This document shows positions 13,515 through 26,546 of a stretch of DNA of 64,000 bases, in pieces. Position numbers and translations under genes: made by a program. How positions within the stretch are numbered: position 1 is the first letter of the stretch; each line of letters starts with the position of its first letter. The DNA comes from Octopus sinensis (taxonomy: Eukaryota), in assembly GCF_006345805.1 (NCBI RefSeq), contig NC_043013.1, positions 868,001 through 932,000 on the forward strand. Direction: 5' to 3'. The notes beneath the pieces were generated by a model, which did not search any database, was not told where the DNA came from, and worked only from the letters and a program-made list of their open reading frames with translations.

Positions 13515-14447
13515 AGTAGTTAGTTAGTTAATTTGGCTCAAAAGCAAATAGCAAGGCCATGTAGGGGGACATGGAGTTAAGTACAGGGTGGTGTTCATGT
13601 AAAGAGTTCAGGCCACTTGAGGTCAAGGGAGGCTTTGAACAAAGCAGTCGTCGGCATCTTCACCATCTCGTCTGGCAGCTTGTTCCACGGATCCACAACT
13701 CGGACGGAGAAAGCTCCTCTCCTTCGATTGAGATGAAATCGTCGCAGGTAGAGCTTTTCGGAATGACCCTGCAGCCGACGTTCTGGAGCAGGAGTGAAGA
13801 ACATCTCTTTCGAGAGGTTACACTTTCCGCTTATGATGTTGTGGGCGAGAATGAGATCACCACGGCGGCGGCGTTTTTCAAGAGAATAAAGGTCGAGCGT
13901 CCTCAGCCTTTCTTCGTAGGACAAATTTTTGAGACCATGAACCATGCGGGTAGCCAGCTTCTGGACTCTTTCGAGATGCTGTATGTCTTTGAGGAGATAA
14001 GGAGAAGAGGCTTGAATCCCGTACTCCAATATGGGTCTCACCAGCGTGACATAGAGTGGTAGGAATATGGCTGCTGTGAGCATTCCGAATGACCGTCGAA
14101 TCAAGAACAGAATTCCGCGTGCTTTGTTGGCAGCATGGACGCACTGGGCCGAAGGCGAAAAGGAGGAATCCACCAAGATACCCAGGTCCTTTACCTGATC
14201 GGTCCTCTCCAGCAGCAGACGACCCGGCTCGAAATCAAGTTGAGTTGCAGGAGGAGAGCCAACAGGCAGATGACAGCACTTTGACACGTTCAGACACAGG
14301 TCCCATTCGTTAGACCACTTCCAAATTTGGTGGAGGCATCGACGAAGATCCTCTATATCACCGCGAGGAGCGACCAGTTTGATATCGTCGGCAAATAGAA
14401 GGGTGTGTTACGTGAGGTCGTCGGGCAAGTCATTTATGAAGACTAGA
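13515..14447 (-). mobile_element. 5'-truncated CR1-like LINE (second family), RT C-terminus
   Basis: FINDLPD, LFADDIKL, KDLGILVD, VRPILEYG, LERVQKLATR, RRRGDLI, FSVRVVDPWNKLP; (TAAC)n tail. Confidence 0.92.
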
Positions 14448-15235
14448 ATCCTGGATCTTTTGACACTTGAGCTTGGCTTGCTCTACAGTGGAACCATTAT
14501 TCTAGCTTGTATGTAGCATTCCATAAAATTATTTAGTCAGGAGGATAATCCTTCAGCATCTCATTGCTTCTTCAAAATGTATGTTTTTGTTTTCATTATT
14601 TTTTTGCAAGAATAAGTCATAATTTGCTATCTTAATAGCCAAACATCTTAATCAAATCAACTGACATTTACCGTTCCTGACTTTTGAAGCGTGAAAGACA
14701 ATTTCAAAAGTTAGAAAGTTAAACAGCATTGATTGATGTGAAGTTGTTTACCATTTTTGTAAGCATCTTCTGAGATTTTACCATATTGTTATCCAAAATG
14801 AGCCAAACAAGGGAGGCCTCTAGAGGTGGCCATTCAACCTGTTATAAACAGCAATCACATTTCCTTCAAATCATTTAAAAAACAAAAAAGAACATTCTTA
14901 TATACACACTGCTTGAATAAAGGGGGACATAGTTCTGCTCATTCGAAGCCGGCTTGGGACTTCACCACAACAACATTTTGACAAGGGAGCTTCTGTGATT
15001 GCTTGACTTACTAGAAATAGCAATCAAGTTTCCTTTAAATCACACTTTGATGTCTTAATGAAAATATCCGGGTGGTCAAGAGTGGTCTGCTTGACCAGTG
15101 TTGATCTAGACCAAAACAGCAAAGAAAATTGTTTGCCAACAAAAGGACTTCTATTCATTGTTCATCATGTTTAGTGGAGCAACCAAATCTTTTTAATGGT
15201 TCAATGTCTTTGAAATGAGAAGAATATGTGTTTAA

Positions 15236-15456
15236 CACTTTTGTTACCATATTTTGGATGGAATATTCTGCTTTTATTGTTTTCAATTATTAAAATAATG
15301 AGAAATTTTGTGAAATAACTTTGTCATTATCAGGCCATTGTTTGGAACTAAATTAATACAAAAGTTTTATGGAAGGTTTTAATTTTGATCACTTTGACAC
15401 AAAGAATTTCTATCATAGAACCAAGAGCAGTGTTGGGCAGGTCAATATCGAAAAGG
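15236..15456. mobile_element. piggyBac-type MITE, decayed
   Basis: TTAA-flanked; interior similar to 26802-27007. Confidence 0.65.
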
Positions 15457-15619
15457 TTAATTCTCAAATTTTTGGATGTTTTAACCTATAATAAAATTTC
15501 TCTTCAATTTCATGACTAGTTATCATAATAATGTCTCTTAGCAATATCTGTGGCTTGTTGGAGAAAAGAATTCCTTGACATATTCTCCTTTTAGTTTCCT
15601 TTTTCTTCTTTGGATTTCC

Positions 15620-15850
15620 TCCTCATCCTCTTCATTTAACATCCGTTTTCCATGCTGGCATGGGTTGGACAGTTTGACAGGAGCTGGCAGACCACAGGGC
15701 TGCACCAGACTCCAGTCATCTGTTTCAGCATGGTTTCTATGGCTGGATGCCCTTCCTAGCTTCAACCACTTTCATGTTTACTGGGTGCTTTCCATGTGGC
15801 ACCAGCTTTTAACATGGCACTGGCATGGGTGCTTTTTACATGGTGCCACA
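15620..15850 (-). mobile_element. RTE 3' UTR fragment
   Basis: TTTAACATCCGTTTTCCATGCTGGCATGGGTTGGAC...GGCTGGATGCCCTTCC. Confidence 0.8.
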
Positions 15851-15887
15851 TTTAAATCTTTATACAAAATACTTTATTTATATTATT

Positions 15888-16091
15888 TACATTATTTACA
15901 TTTGACGGATATTTGTCCTCATCTCGTTTGTTGTTAACACAACGTTTCAGCTGATGAACCTTCCAGCCATCATCATGATGAAGGCTGGAAGGTATACCAG
16001 CTGAAACATTGTGGTAGCAACAAACGAGATGAGGACAAATATCTGTCAAATGGAAATAATGTACATAATTCCTCATCTCTTAAATATAGAA
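15888..16091. mobile_element. Fold-back (palindromic) remnant of the hammerhead-bearing Penelope-like/SINE family
   Basis: Arms symmetric about CATCA|TGATG (15975/15976); same sequence as the 3' part of 21347-21873. Confidence 0.8.
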
Positions 16092-16120
16092 CTACTTTAT
16101 TTATATATTTTTTTTTCCAG

Positions 16121-16191
16121 TTGGATCTCAGAAATTCAAAACCAAGACCAAGAACAACACTCTTACTCCAGTTTGGGACGAATCATTTGAG
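16121..16191 (+). CDS. ESYT2: E-Syt exon g (C2A): (I)GSQKFKTKTKNNTLTPVWDESFE
   Basis: ttttccag| ... gag|gtaatt. Confidence 0.95.
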
Positions 16192-16214
16192 GTAATTTTT
16201 CTTTGTCTGTTTGC

Positions 16215-16245
<31 letters not shown>

Positions 16246-17042
16246 ATATAAGAAAGCAAGAAGGTCTTAGTTTCTTTCTTTTATGGGCAAGCCTGTTGCC
16301 TTCTGTTTGATCACAGATCTTGCATTTATCTGATCTCAGAATAAGAACCATTGATCTCTTCTTTGATTAACAGTCTGATATATTCTTTGAGTGTTGGTTA
16401 TTAATTTGCAGATCTAAACATCCAGAGTTCAAATTCTTTCATCAGAGAAATGCAGAATCCATGAATCCATGACTCAAGATAAATCTACCTTCTTATAAAA
16501 TGGCATTATTTGTACACAATACCCTTGTAAGCAGTGGTGGTGAGTGAGTTAACAGGTTCAAATCAGCCTATGATTGATTCCTTTGACAGTTTTCAGTTCG
16601 GCCAGTCTTAAATACATTTTGCACAGAGATCAAATTTCCAAGTATTTCCCTCATAATCTGTTGCATTGTATCTTGTACAAACTGCCGTTTATATATAACT
16701 TATGTTTTACAAGCCAACAAGCCAGTTGCTTAACCTGATAGAAATACCAGCTAAATCCTGCTCAAGCTTCACCTCTCACCCTTTTATTTTTTATTTTTCA
16801 TTTTGTCTGGAGGGAGAGGATGGAACTAATCCCATAACTTTTGCTGACCCTCCAAGACCAGTGAGGTTGGGTGCCACTAGCATTCACCTTAATAGTTTGC
16901 AAGTTGATGGCTACAGACAAATCATGTGCAGAAAAGGAATTCTGAAGGCTTACTTTCTGGGAAGGGAGGACCAGAAATGATTAGTGCAACGAGAGGACAC
17001 ACATATGCATGCACACACACACACACATGTGCATGCGCACGT

Positions 17043-17084
<42 letters not shown>

Positions 17085-17682
17085 TGAGTGGCAAGAGAAG
17101 GGAATATAGAGTGAGTTGGGTATGTCTTAGTAGAGGAGACACGTGACCAACCAGCTCTGAGGAGCAGAGGCCACTGAAGGACTCATTGGATGATGTGGTT
17201 TTTGATCTGAGGAAATGATGGGTTATCATTGTAATTCCTTTTGATTATAAAGCTTACTCAATTAGGGTTGACTTGGGGTTAAATCATGACAAGCTTCAGT
17301 TCTTGCTGTTTAGTCCAAAGTGAGTCTTAGCTGAGTGTACGTGTGATAAAACATGCTCCAGCTTAGGCTGCGCTACTCAATGCTTTCTTTCAATGCAGTT
17401 TTAAGATGGTAGGGCATGATTGAAGGGAGATTTAGCTAATGTTTCTGGCAGGCTGAGTGCCTATATAGGAGGTCTCTTGTTGGTTCATTGAATTGCCAAT
17501 AGCTTGGATTGGCTGGAATAGCAGAACAACTGTCAAAATGCTTTTTACTTTTATCTTGCTGTAATCATGTGAGGAATCATTTCAATAAAATACGCTCAAC
17601 TCTCCCCTTATAAAGTGGAAACCTTGTGCCAAGGTGAGAAACCCTGATTCTTTTGACTGAAAAATAAATTTCATGTTTTTAG

Positions 17683-17768
17683 GCTGTCATTGACGAAAAA
17701 AGTGGGCAATACATGGACATTAATGTATTTGATGAAGATCCCGGTAACAAAGATGATGAACTTGGGAA
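17683..17768 (+). CDS. ESYT2: E-Syt exon h (C2A): AVIDEKSGQYMDINVFDEDPGNKDDELG
   Basis: tttttag| ... aa|gtaagt; Ca2+-ligand aspartates present. Confidence 0.95.
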
Positions 17769-18640
17769 GTAAGTCTGTCTGTTTGTCTTTAAACATTTGA
17801 AGCTGTCAGCTGTTGCATATTTTACATCTCTACATGAGATACTTTCTTTAATTTGTGTTTCCATTAATTAGTTAAGATATTAAAATTTGACATTTAATTA
17901 TCATTTCTAATATCCAGAACTAGAAATAATTTGCCTGGTTTTTCCATTGTTGCTGCTTTGCCCCAAATTAGCTCTGATGAAGTCAAACTAATGGCATGCA
18001 AGTAATTGGCTGAATGAGTCAGAGCAATCCATCGATCCATTGTTCCAGAAATACTATTCCTCAACCTAATTGAGGATTCCACTGTCCACTCCACTACAGA
18101 GGCATTCATTGAATGCAGAACGGTCTGGAATTCTGGGCATGCTGCTAATTATTTTCTTCTTTTTGCTTATGTAATCTGATTCTCCTGCAGGTTCTGATGG
18201 TAGCCACAGGTGAAGGGAGCAGGCTCAATCAGAATGATGCAGCTATTGTTTGTCTCTTCTGCTTCACAACACAGTATTGGAGGAAGGAGCTGATGAAGTT
18301 ATTGATGTTGCTGCTGTTGTGATTGTGTGTGTGTGTGTGTGTGTGTGTTTAGGGTAAGAGAGAAGAGTGGAGAGGAGACTGAATAGAGAAAAGGAGAGAG
18401 AGAGAGAGAGTGAGGAGATCAAAAGACAGTGGTAAAACAGAGCAAAAGAGGGAGGGAAAGAAGAGAAAGACAGAAGAGGGAATGAGAGCGAGAGAGGGGA
18501 GAGGGGGAGACTTGAAGAAATGATACAGGAGGAAGGAGAGAAAGAACAAGTGATTAATCTGTTGGAAACCTGTAACCAACAATTTTATTGTTAACAAAAA
18601 AGTGAAATAAAATAAGTAAAATGTGTGTGTGTGTTGGGGT

Positions 18641-18727
<87 letters not shown>

Positions 18728-19430
18728 GGGGTGTGTAAATGTGTAGCAACCATTTTTCTCAAATATGTCATGCTGAAAACATAACTGTAAGTTTTAAAGC
18801 CCTTCCTTAGTGTTTTAGGCTTAGAGATTCCACCTTCCTTTCTGCTTATTAACACCAATGAAAACAATCCAGCAATTTAGGTCAGGTGTGAGCTACTGCT
18901 GTTATGAAACACCACCTGTCACTTTTTGTTCTACCTTCTGCTATTCTGTTTGTTTGAGGACAGGGTTTGTCTATTGAACTTAGATGACAGCCACAACCTC
19001 TTCATGCTTCCCTATCTTTACAATTTTACAAAGTGTTTTTGTATTTAAGATTTTGTTGTTGTTGTTGTTGGTCAACCCCAGATCAGCTTCAATCAAACTG
19101 CTGTGATCAAAGGTGTTTCAGCTGTGAACCGGTTTATCTTTTTGTATACTTAGTACCTACATTCGCTGGTGTATTCTTTCTTTCTGTGAAGAAAATAGTG
19201 TTGAGAAAATTTGGCTGCTATTTCTAGTAAATCAAGTGGCTATATAGAGGTTCTCTCATTGTTTGTGTGTAGTAGTAGTGGGAGAATGGTGATGGTCAGA
19301 GAATTTGTCCAACTTGTTAGTTGAAACCCTTTGTGTATAAGTTTAACAGTAAGGATGTTACACACCAGCCATCACACACACACGCACACATACTCTCTTT
19401 CTCTCGCTCTCTTTCTCTCTCTCTCTCTCG

Positions 19431-19461
<31 letters not shown>

Positions 19462-20645
19462 CTCTCTCTCCTGTCCTATTAATCTGGGCCAGAATATACA
19501 AATGCAATGAAAAGAGAACAAGATATGACTGATGGAATGTGGTCAGAAGTACAGCTAAATCCAATTATTATTATTATTATTACTAAAGCATGTACAATTA
19601 AATAACATTGTATAAGTTGACTCACCATTGAGTCACCTTTTGTTGGTCGTCCACTTTCTGTCCACTTTCTGTTCAACCAGAACTGATCAGCTGCTTCTTC
19701 CTAACAGTTTATATGAAGTGGGGGTGATTTAGATGTAAAGGACTGTGACATGTGAAGGCTGTACACAATGCATGGTTGAATAGATAAGGTGTTTGTTTTG
19801 TTGTTACAAGGTCCCTGGTTCAAACCCATTGTTTGGCCCCTTAAACAGATATGTCTCTGCCAAAGTATTTTACTCCATTCAAACCATGTGAATTAAATTG
19901 TGTAGTTGGAAACTGTGTGGAAGCCTGTCACAAGGAAGGAAACCTTGTCAGACCCTGCCATGCTGGTTCTGTATGAGAATTATGTCAAGGCAATGATTCT
20001 CAATCTTCTTGATTCTGTGGCTTTTCCAACTGGGGTAACCAGGTGACTCTCCTACAACAAGACACCTCCTGTTCCTCTCTCTTTGTCACACCTCTCATCA
20101 CCTGGCCACCTCCCTCTATACTACACCCCACCACAGTTGAACGGGTCTTGTAAGTTATTTAGCTTCCTCACTAGTGCCTGTGCCATGTAAAAAGCACCCA
20201 TTACTCTCTGTAAGTGGCTGGTATTAGGAAGAGCATCCAGTTATAGAAACATTGCCAAAGCAGACATTTGAAAGAGCAAAATTTTCTTTTTGAAAATTAT
20301 AATACATTTGAATGGAAGAAAATATTAAAGAGTTTGAAATGTCTTATTTTGATAGAGGAAATATGTAAACTTCTGTGACAGTTTTGTCTTCTGCTTGGAC
20401 GGGAGATACCCTTATCTGGCTTGCTCAATTAGAAACAAACAGAACAACAACAGAGGCACAAAATAATATTCAATTTGAATATCTGGAGTTTGATTTCTGC
20501 AGGAATAATATGGGTGAGGAAAGGATAGCAATGGGTAGCAAATCTGGGTGTGTAGGGTTTGGTTTTGTGTGAGGGTAAATTCTAAGATGTCAGTTATAGT
20601 AGAGATGAGTGGAGGAAAAGAAGTAGGTTTGTCAAATGCAGGTGA

Positions 20646-20703
20646 TATTCAGATAAATTTGTACAGAGGAGCCTGTGCTCCTCTGTACAAATTTATCTGA
20701 ATA
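20646..20703. repeat. Perfect inverted repeat, 27-bp arms with 4-nt loop
   Basis: TATTCAGATAAATTTGTACAGAGGAGC-ctgt-GCTCCTCTGTACAAATTTATCTGAATA. Confidence 0.95.
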
Positions 20704-21162
20704 AATAAGTAGAGAGAAAACAATAAATTTGTGAGTGGAAAGTTGAAGCTTGTTGGTGAGGCAACTTGCCAATCAGCTCAACAGCTTTCTTTTGGATGTA
20801 CTCTAAGATGTTGATGTTTAAATATCAGAACACTACACCAATATTACTTTAACATTAATCTTACTTGAGAGCTTTGTAGCAGGGTCTGCAGTTGATCAGG
20901 TTCTGAAGTATTTAGTAGCTCTACAGAGGAATCCTAGGCATTGGCAGTGTTACACATGTGGGTCTACCAAAAGAATTCATCACAGATTCTAGTGTGTTGT
21001 TTCTGTGAAGAGATAGTATGTTACAGCAATGTTCAGCAGTTTAACACTAATGTTGCCGTCCAACCCATGCTAGCATGGAAAGCGGACGCTAAATGATGAT
21101 GATGTGTCCATGCATCTTTTATTCTCTTTATTAAACAATCTTGAAACCTTTCTCCTTTTTAG

Positions 21163-21211
21163 TGTCAGTCTGGATATAGAACCAGTTTCCAAGAAAGGTG
21201 TAATGGATGCT
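21163..21211 (+). CDS. ESYT2: E-Syt exon i (C2A): (N)VSLDIEPVSKKGVMDA
   Basis: tttttag| ... gct|gtaagt; restores phase 0. Confidence 0.9.
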
Positions 21212-21346
21212 GTAAGTAAATTTCATTTTTATTTTATTGTATTTGTTTTGGATATTTTAAGTTTTTTCCAGAAAGAAATATATTTTTTTTAAATTTTGAA
21301 ATTAGTAATTTTTAGAATTGTAAAATTCATCATCATCATCATTCAA

Positions 21347-21873
21347 TTCTATATTTAAGAGATGAGGAATTATGTACATTATTTACATTCGATAGATATT
21401 TGTCCTCATCTTCTTTGTTGTTAACATGTTTCAGCTGATATACCCTCCAGCCTTCATCAGGTGTCTTGGGGAAATTTCAAACCTGGGTTCTCATTCCTAA
21501 GGTAGTTTTTGATATTATTATTGTTATTATTATTCAGGTCACTGCTTGGAATCAAACTCGGAATCTTGGGGTTTATAGCCCACACACTTAACCACTACAC
21601 CATATGCCCGTAGTGGTTAAGAGCACGGGCTACTAACCCCAAGATTCCAAGTTCGATTCCAAACAATGACCTGAACAATAATAATAATAATAATAATAAT
21701 AATATAATAATAATAATAATAACAACAACAACATCAAAAAATACCTTAGGAATGAGAACCTAGGTTCGAAATTTCCCCAAGATACCAGAAGAGGCTGGAG
21801 GGTATATCAGCCGAAATGTGTTAACAACAAACAAGATGAGGACAAATATCCCTTGAATGTAAATAATGTACAT
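21347..21873. mobile_element. Head-to-head inverted pair of a tRNA-headed, hammerhead-containing short retroelement
   Basis: Minus copy 21609->21347: GGGCATATGGTGTAGTGGTTAAG (A box), GAGTTTGATTCC (B box), (AAT)n, GACAC-CTGATGA-AGGCTG..CAGCT-GAAAC. Plus copy 21610-21873 mirrors it. Confidence 0.8.
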
Positions 21874-22230
21874 CATCATCATTGTTTAATGTTTGTTTTC
21901 CATGGGTTGGACGGTTTGACTGAGGACTGGCGAGCCAGAAGGCTGCACCAGGCTCCAATCTGATTTGGCAAGGCTTCTACAGCTGGATGCCCTGCCAAAT
22001 GCCAACCACTCTGAGAGAGTAGTGAGTGCTTTTTACATGCCACTTGCACAAGGGCCAGTCAGGCAGTACTGGCATCGACCACGCTTGAATGGTGCTTTTT
22101 ACATGCCACCAGCACAGGAGCCAGTCAGGCGGCACTGATAACAACCACGCTTCAATGGTGCTTTTTACATGCCACCAGCATGGGACCAGTTAGGCAGCAC
22201 TGGCATCGACCACACTCGAATGGTGCTTTG
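21874..22230 (-). mobile_element. RTE 3' UTR fragment with three ~62-bp hairpin subrepeats
   Basis: (CAT)n tail, CAGCTGGATGCCC, repeated GTGCTTTTTACATGCCAC...CCAGTCAGGC..CACTGGCATCGACCAC. Confidence 0.85.
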
Positions 22231-22948
22231 GTGCTTATAATCATATATTAACATAACAAATTTGTATATTAATTTTGCAGTTGTTCTTGGAAAGAATATC
22301 TACAATCTTTCATATGAGTGCAGAATTGCCTTATCAATTAAGGGCTTCTTTTATAGTTGATTCACTAGGAGGAAGGCACTGGGGAAACCCTAACTGTATC
22401 TCCTCTTCTCTTTCTAATTATTATCTGTAACTCTTCCAACCTGGTACTATCCTTCTCATTCGCTCGCTCGCCTGCCTGGGTATCTTTGGGCTAACTCTAT
22501 ATAATCTACATCTTATATGCAGAGGCATTTGTTCTCTGAACTTTTCCTACCTTTTATTTTTATTATTATTATTATTATTATTATTTACTCAAGCCATCAA
22601 TGACAATCAGGCACTAATTAAACTTTTTTGGTAACATTACTGGTGGGTCATCTAGTTAGCTGAATGTGCAGGAGTATATCTTGGTTTCAGTGACTGAGAG
22701 TACAAAACTGGCCCCTAAACTGAATACCAGTCTATTGCAGAGTCCCCCACCCCCAGCCAGCAGCTGCCACTGGTACTCCTTTTCAGCTGAGTGGGTGCAA
22801 CATGAAATGAAATTCCTGGCTCCAGAACCTAATCGGTTGCTTTTCTGTATTTTTTTTGATGGCCCTCAACTTTAAAAAATATTAAGGTAAAAACTGAAAT
22901 TATTAAATTATATTGTTTATATGTTTATTATTTTTGTTTTTCCTCTAG

Positions 22949-23038
22949 TGGCTCCCTCTCCGAGATATTGAGAGTGGAATGGTCCATGTGAAATTAGTAT
23001 GGTTGAACCTTTGCAATAATCCTACAGAGATCGACAGG
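22949..23038 (+). CDS. ESYT2: E-Syt exon j (C2A end): WLPLRDIESGMVHVKLVWLNLCNNPTEIDR
   Basis: cctctag| ... agg|gtaagt. Confidence 0.95.
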
Positions 23039-24159
23039 GTAAGTCTCCCAGCTTCAACTTTGTATAATTTGCATTTAGAAATGCTCTTATCTTTACATTA
23101 TTCTTGTACCTATATATTACTTATATAATTACACATTCTTACTGTCTTGAGATGCTGTAGCATGAGATCTTATTTATAAGGTATTTATTTCAGCAAATAT
23201 CTTTCTTTAAGTGGTGGGATTGGGAGTGGAGGGGTGGGCTAATTTTCTGTCTTTGTCATATCATTTTCAGAATGTCTTGGCCAAATATTAACAGCTTAAA
23301 ATCTTAAACAGTAATTTTATTTTACCTAATTAAACATGTAAACTGATATACAATTTATTTCTGCATGTATCTATAGTTGGGAGTTATTTCTTAAAGCTGT
23401 ACAGACTGCATCTGTAACTTTTCTGTTTTTCACTCTGTATATTTGCAATCAATAAACTTTTCCTTAAATTGTTTTTTCTTTTATTTCTTATAGATTCGAC
23501 CATTTTTTATTCCATTATTTGTCTGATCCTGCTTTATTATTTTTTTTTCCTTATCTTTAAATGTCACATCTAAAAGACATCTTGTTTCATCTTTATTTTT
23601 CTGAAACTGCAGTTTCTAGATTATCTTTTTCTTGACGAGGTGTTACAATTCATATTGTTGATATTCTATAGATTGTAGTATTTATTACCTCTGAAAAGAG
23701 CTCTGACATAATTTCATGTCTCCGTCCTCCAGACTTGATGCCTCTGTTTCAAGAAGTGAGTTGATTCATAAGAATGTTTTCTCTGTCAGAGTATTCTGAT
23801 GGTCGTTTTTTTTGTTTTTCTTTTCTATAATTGGAGTGAGAGGATTTCAGAAAATCAACTTAATTCTGATGTATTTATGTATCCCATTGGCGATAATTTG
23901 TAGCCATAGGATTAATGAGTTGTGCTGTGCCTCGAGCTATAATATTAGATACATGATCAAGTCCTCTGTTAGAAAACTTTGGGATTGCAGGTCAAAGAGG
24001 CAACTAAAAGATTTGAAGACATGGAAGGCATCTGGCTACAAAACACTGCTTTTAAAGGGTAACTGAGACTGTTGTTAGAGCCTGCAGGGTTAAACCCCAC
24101 TTTAGCAGGAAAAATAATCTGCAAATGATTGTTACACACACACACAAGTGTGTGTATTA

Positions 24160-24560
24160 CCACATAAAAAGCATCCAGTACACTCTGTAAAGTGGTTGGA
24201 ATTTGGAAGGGCATCCAGCCATAGAAACCATGCCAAAACGGACAATTGGGGCTGGTTGCAGCTCTCCGGCTTACCAGCTCCTATTAGATTGTCCAGCACA
24301 TGCCAACTTAAAAAACCGGACATTAATTGATGATGATGATGATGACATATATGTATATCATCATCATCATCATTGTTTAACATTTGTTTCCATGCTGGCA
24401 TGGGTTGGATGATTTGGCAGGAGCTGGCCAGCCGGAGAACTGTCCAGACTCAAATTGTCTGAGATTGTGGCATGGTTTCTACAGCTGAATGCCCATCCTA
24501 ATGCCAACCACTTTAGGGTTAGGTACTTTTTATGTGCCACTGTATTTTATGTGGAACCAG
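24160..24560. mobile_element. Two RTE 3' ends arranged tail-to-tail (inverted pair)
   Basis: Plus copy ending (GAT)n at ~24345; minus copy starting (CAT)n at ~24357. Confidence 0.8.
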
Positions 24561-26260
24561 CACCTGTAAAGGACAAGCCTGTATAGATGGAAGGCTGCGA
24601 TTTTATTTAGCTTCAGTTTGTATTTAGGTGGTGCTCCAGTCTGGTCTTGGAATTTTCTCTACCATTACTTGATTTCTCACTCTGCCTAAGCTGAAATTCT
24701 TTACTGAGAATTTACTTGATCACAGCAACACTTTTACTATTTTCTTCATTCTCAGATGGAAAACAAAAGTCCCAAATATTTTTTTTTTCTCTCGTGGCTA
24801 TCAAACTCTTCTTTGAATTCTCCTGATAAAGAACTAAAGGGCAAGTCTTTGGAGGGTGCAATACCCTACTGACCCCCATATATACAAACACACTAGATTA
24901 CAGAAAGATTGTTTTGCTTGAGAATTACAGAAAAAGGGATTTATATCTTTACTTGTATTTGTAGAGACATAACTGCTGAAATATCAATTTAGAAGGAATT
25001 GTTTCATTGCTCTCATAAAATATGTTTGAAATTTATATTTTTTTTTTAATCTTAAAATTTTTTTTCCTGTTTCTTTTTCATTATTAAAAAAAATTTCAGA
25101 TTAATATTTTTTTATCATAGAAAATCAATCTTAACCTCTCATGAATTAGTCATTAATTTTGGAATTATTTCAAATTATTGCAAGTTCCATCAAGAAAAGA
25201 AATCTAATTTTTTTTGAATTTTCAGCTGAAAATATATTAATATCTAATTTTTATTCTTTTTATGAAAATTACCATTGACAATGGTAAGTCATTTTATTCA
25301 ACATGGCTACTGAATTGGGTTTATTTTTCCCTTAGATTTTAAAAAGTTTGCTCTGTGCTGTGATTTATTCAGAAATTTGGTAAATTTCACTTTTATGGTT
25401 TTGTTGGCCACTTCTTTAACGTTTAACCTCTTGGTGAATCAAATCTGCAGTTCAGTTTTCATTCCCAATCGGAGCCTGTTTTATTTCACTCTTTTTATCA
25501 CTAATGGCCCTTTTATCACTAATGGCCCTTGAGAAAGATATGATTGCCGTAAAATCACATTTCTATAAATCTTAGGCTTTGTAAAAATTAAATATGAAAC
25601 ATTTTAATAGAAACAGAAATTTTCACTTTTAAATATTGTGTTACAAAATTAAAAGGGTATCCGCAATTAATTGAGATGAATGTTTGCAAAAAAAAAGCAA
25701 TAATTTTGTGCAATGCAGGTGAGGAGTTAGACAAAATATGTAAGGTGATGTTGATGAATAAAAACAAAGAGGAAAGGTATTGTATTACTTTGTATACATT
25801 GTGTAATGATGCTAAAAAGGGGGGGGGGATTCCCCTTTTCAAATCGAAGAAAGTGATTCAAGAGTTCAGAGAAATGTGTTGTTATTGGCAAACCATTCTG
25901 GTGTCTTAGAATTTGTAGAAGTTTCTGAATATGTCACTTTTTCATTTTTTTTTTTAAATTTTACTTTGGAACTTTACCTTGAGAATATCTTTTAATATTT
26001 TTTCTTTGACTTATCTTTATTCCATCCCTTTTCCATTTACTTTTCTTGAAAAAGTTGCAATATGGCCTAATCAGATACTATTATTTTTTACTCTTGCTCA
26101 ACACCTTGTTGAGTAGGTGCGTGTTGGCCTTGAGACGGAGATTTTACATGCCATTGGCTACAATGCAGATAAAAACCAAGAACTAATAACTTGGTAGAAA
26201 TTGATGATGATTAGTTTCATGTTCTACAGTACCAAAAATCTGAATAAAGAAGAAATAATT

Positions 26261-26484
26261 TTGGGTTGGGACATAATTATTGCAGCTTTCTTTAAACAAA
26301 TTTTATTCAACAAAAAAACAAAAGATTATTCCGGAGCATATTCACCATCTACTTCAATTACTGCTTCCTATTTGCTTGGCAGACGGTCAGACCGTCATTT
26401 AAAGATGTTTTTGTTAAATATTATTATTGTTTTTGTTGAATAAAATTTGTTGAAAAAAGCTGTAATAATTATGCACCAACCCAA
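26261..26484 (-). mobile_element. mariner-derived MITE, copy 1
   Basis: Long TIRs TTGGGTTGG..CATAATTATTGCAGCTTT; interior encodes a decayed LPSK*EAVIEVDGEYAPE on the minus strand. Confidence 0.8.
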
Positions 26485-26496
26485 TACATACATACC

Positions 26497-26546
<50 letters not shown>

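Noticed and set aside
13571-14062. 163-aa plus-strand ORF (and similar ones at 8422, 37349, 46013, 61885)
   Set aside because: Antisense shadows of retroelement RT or integrase frames
17980-18290. Coding-like stretches on the minus strand (also ~20800-21050, ~53950-54300, ~56500-56880)
   Set aside because: Look like very old LINE RT remnants; too decayed to delimit or classify with confidence
21535-21609. tRNA gene
   Set aside because: Has A and B boxes but no complete cloverleaf or acceptor stem, and continues into a repeat body; it is a SINE-type head
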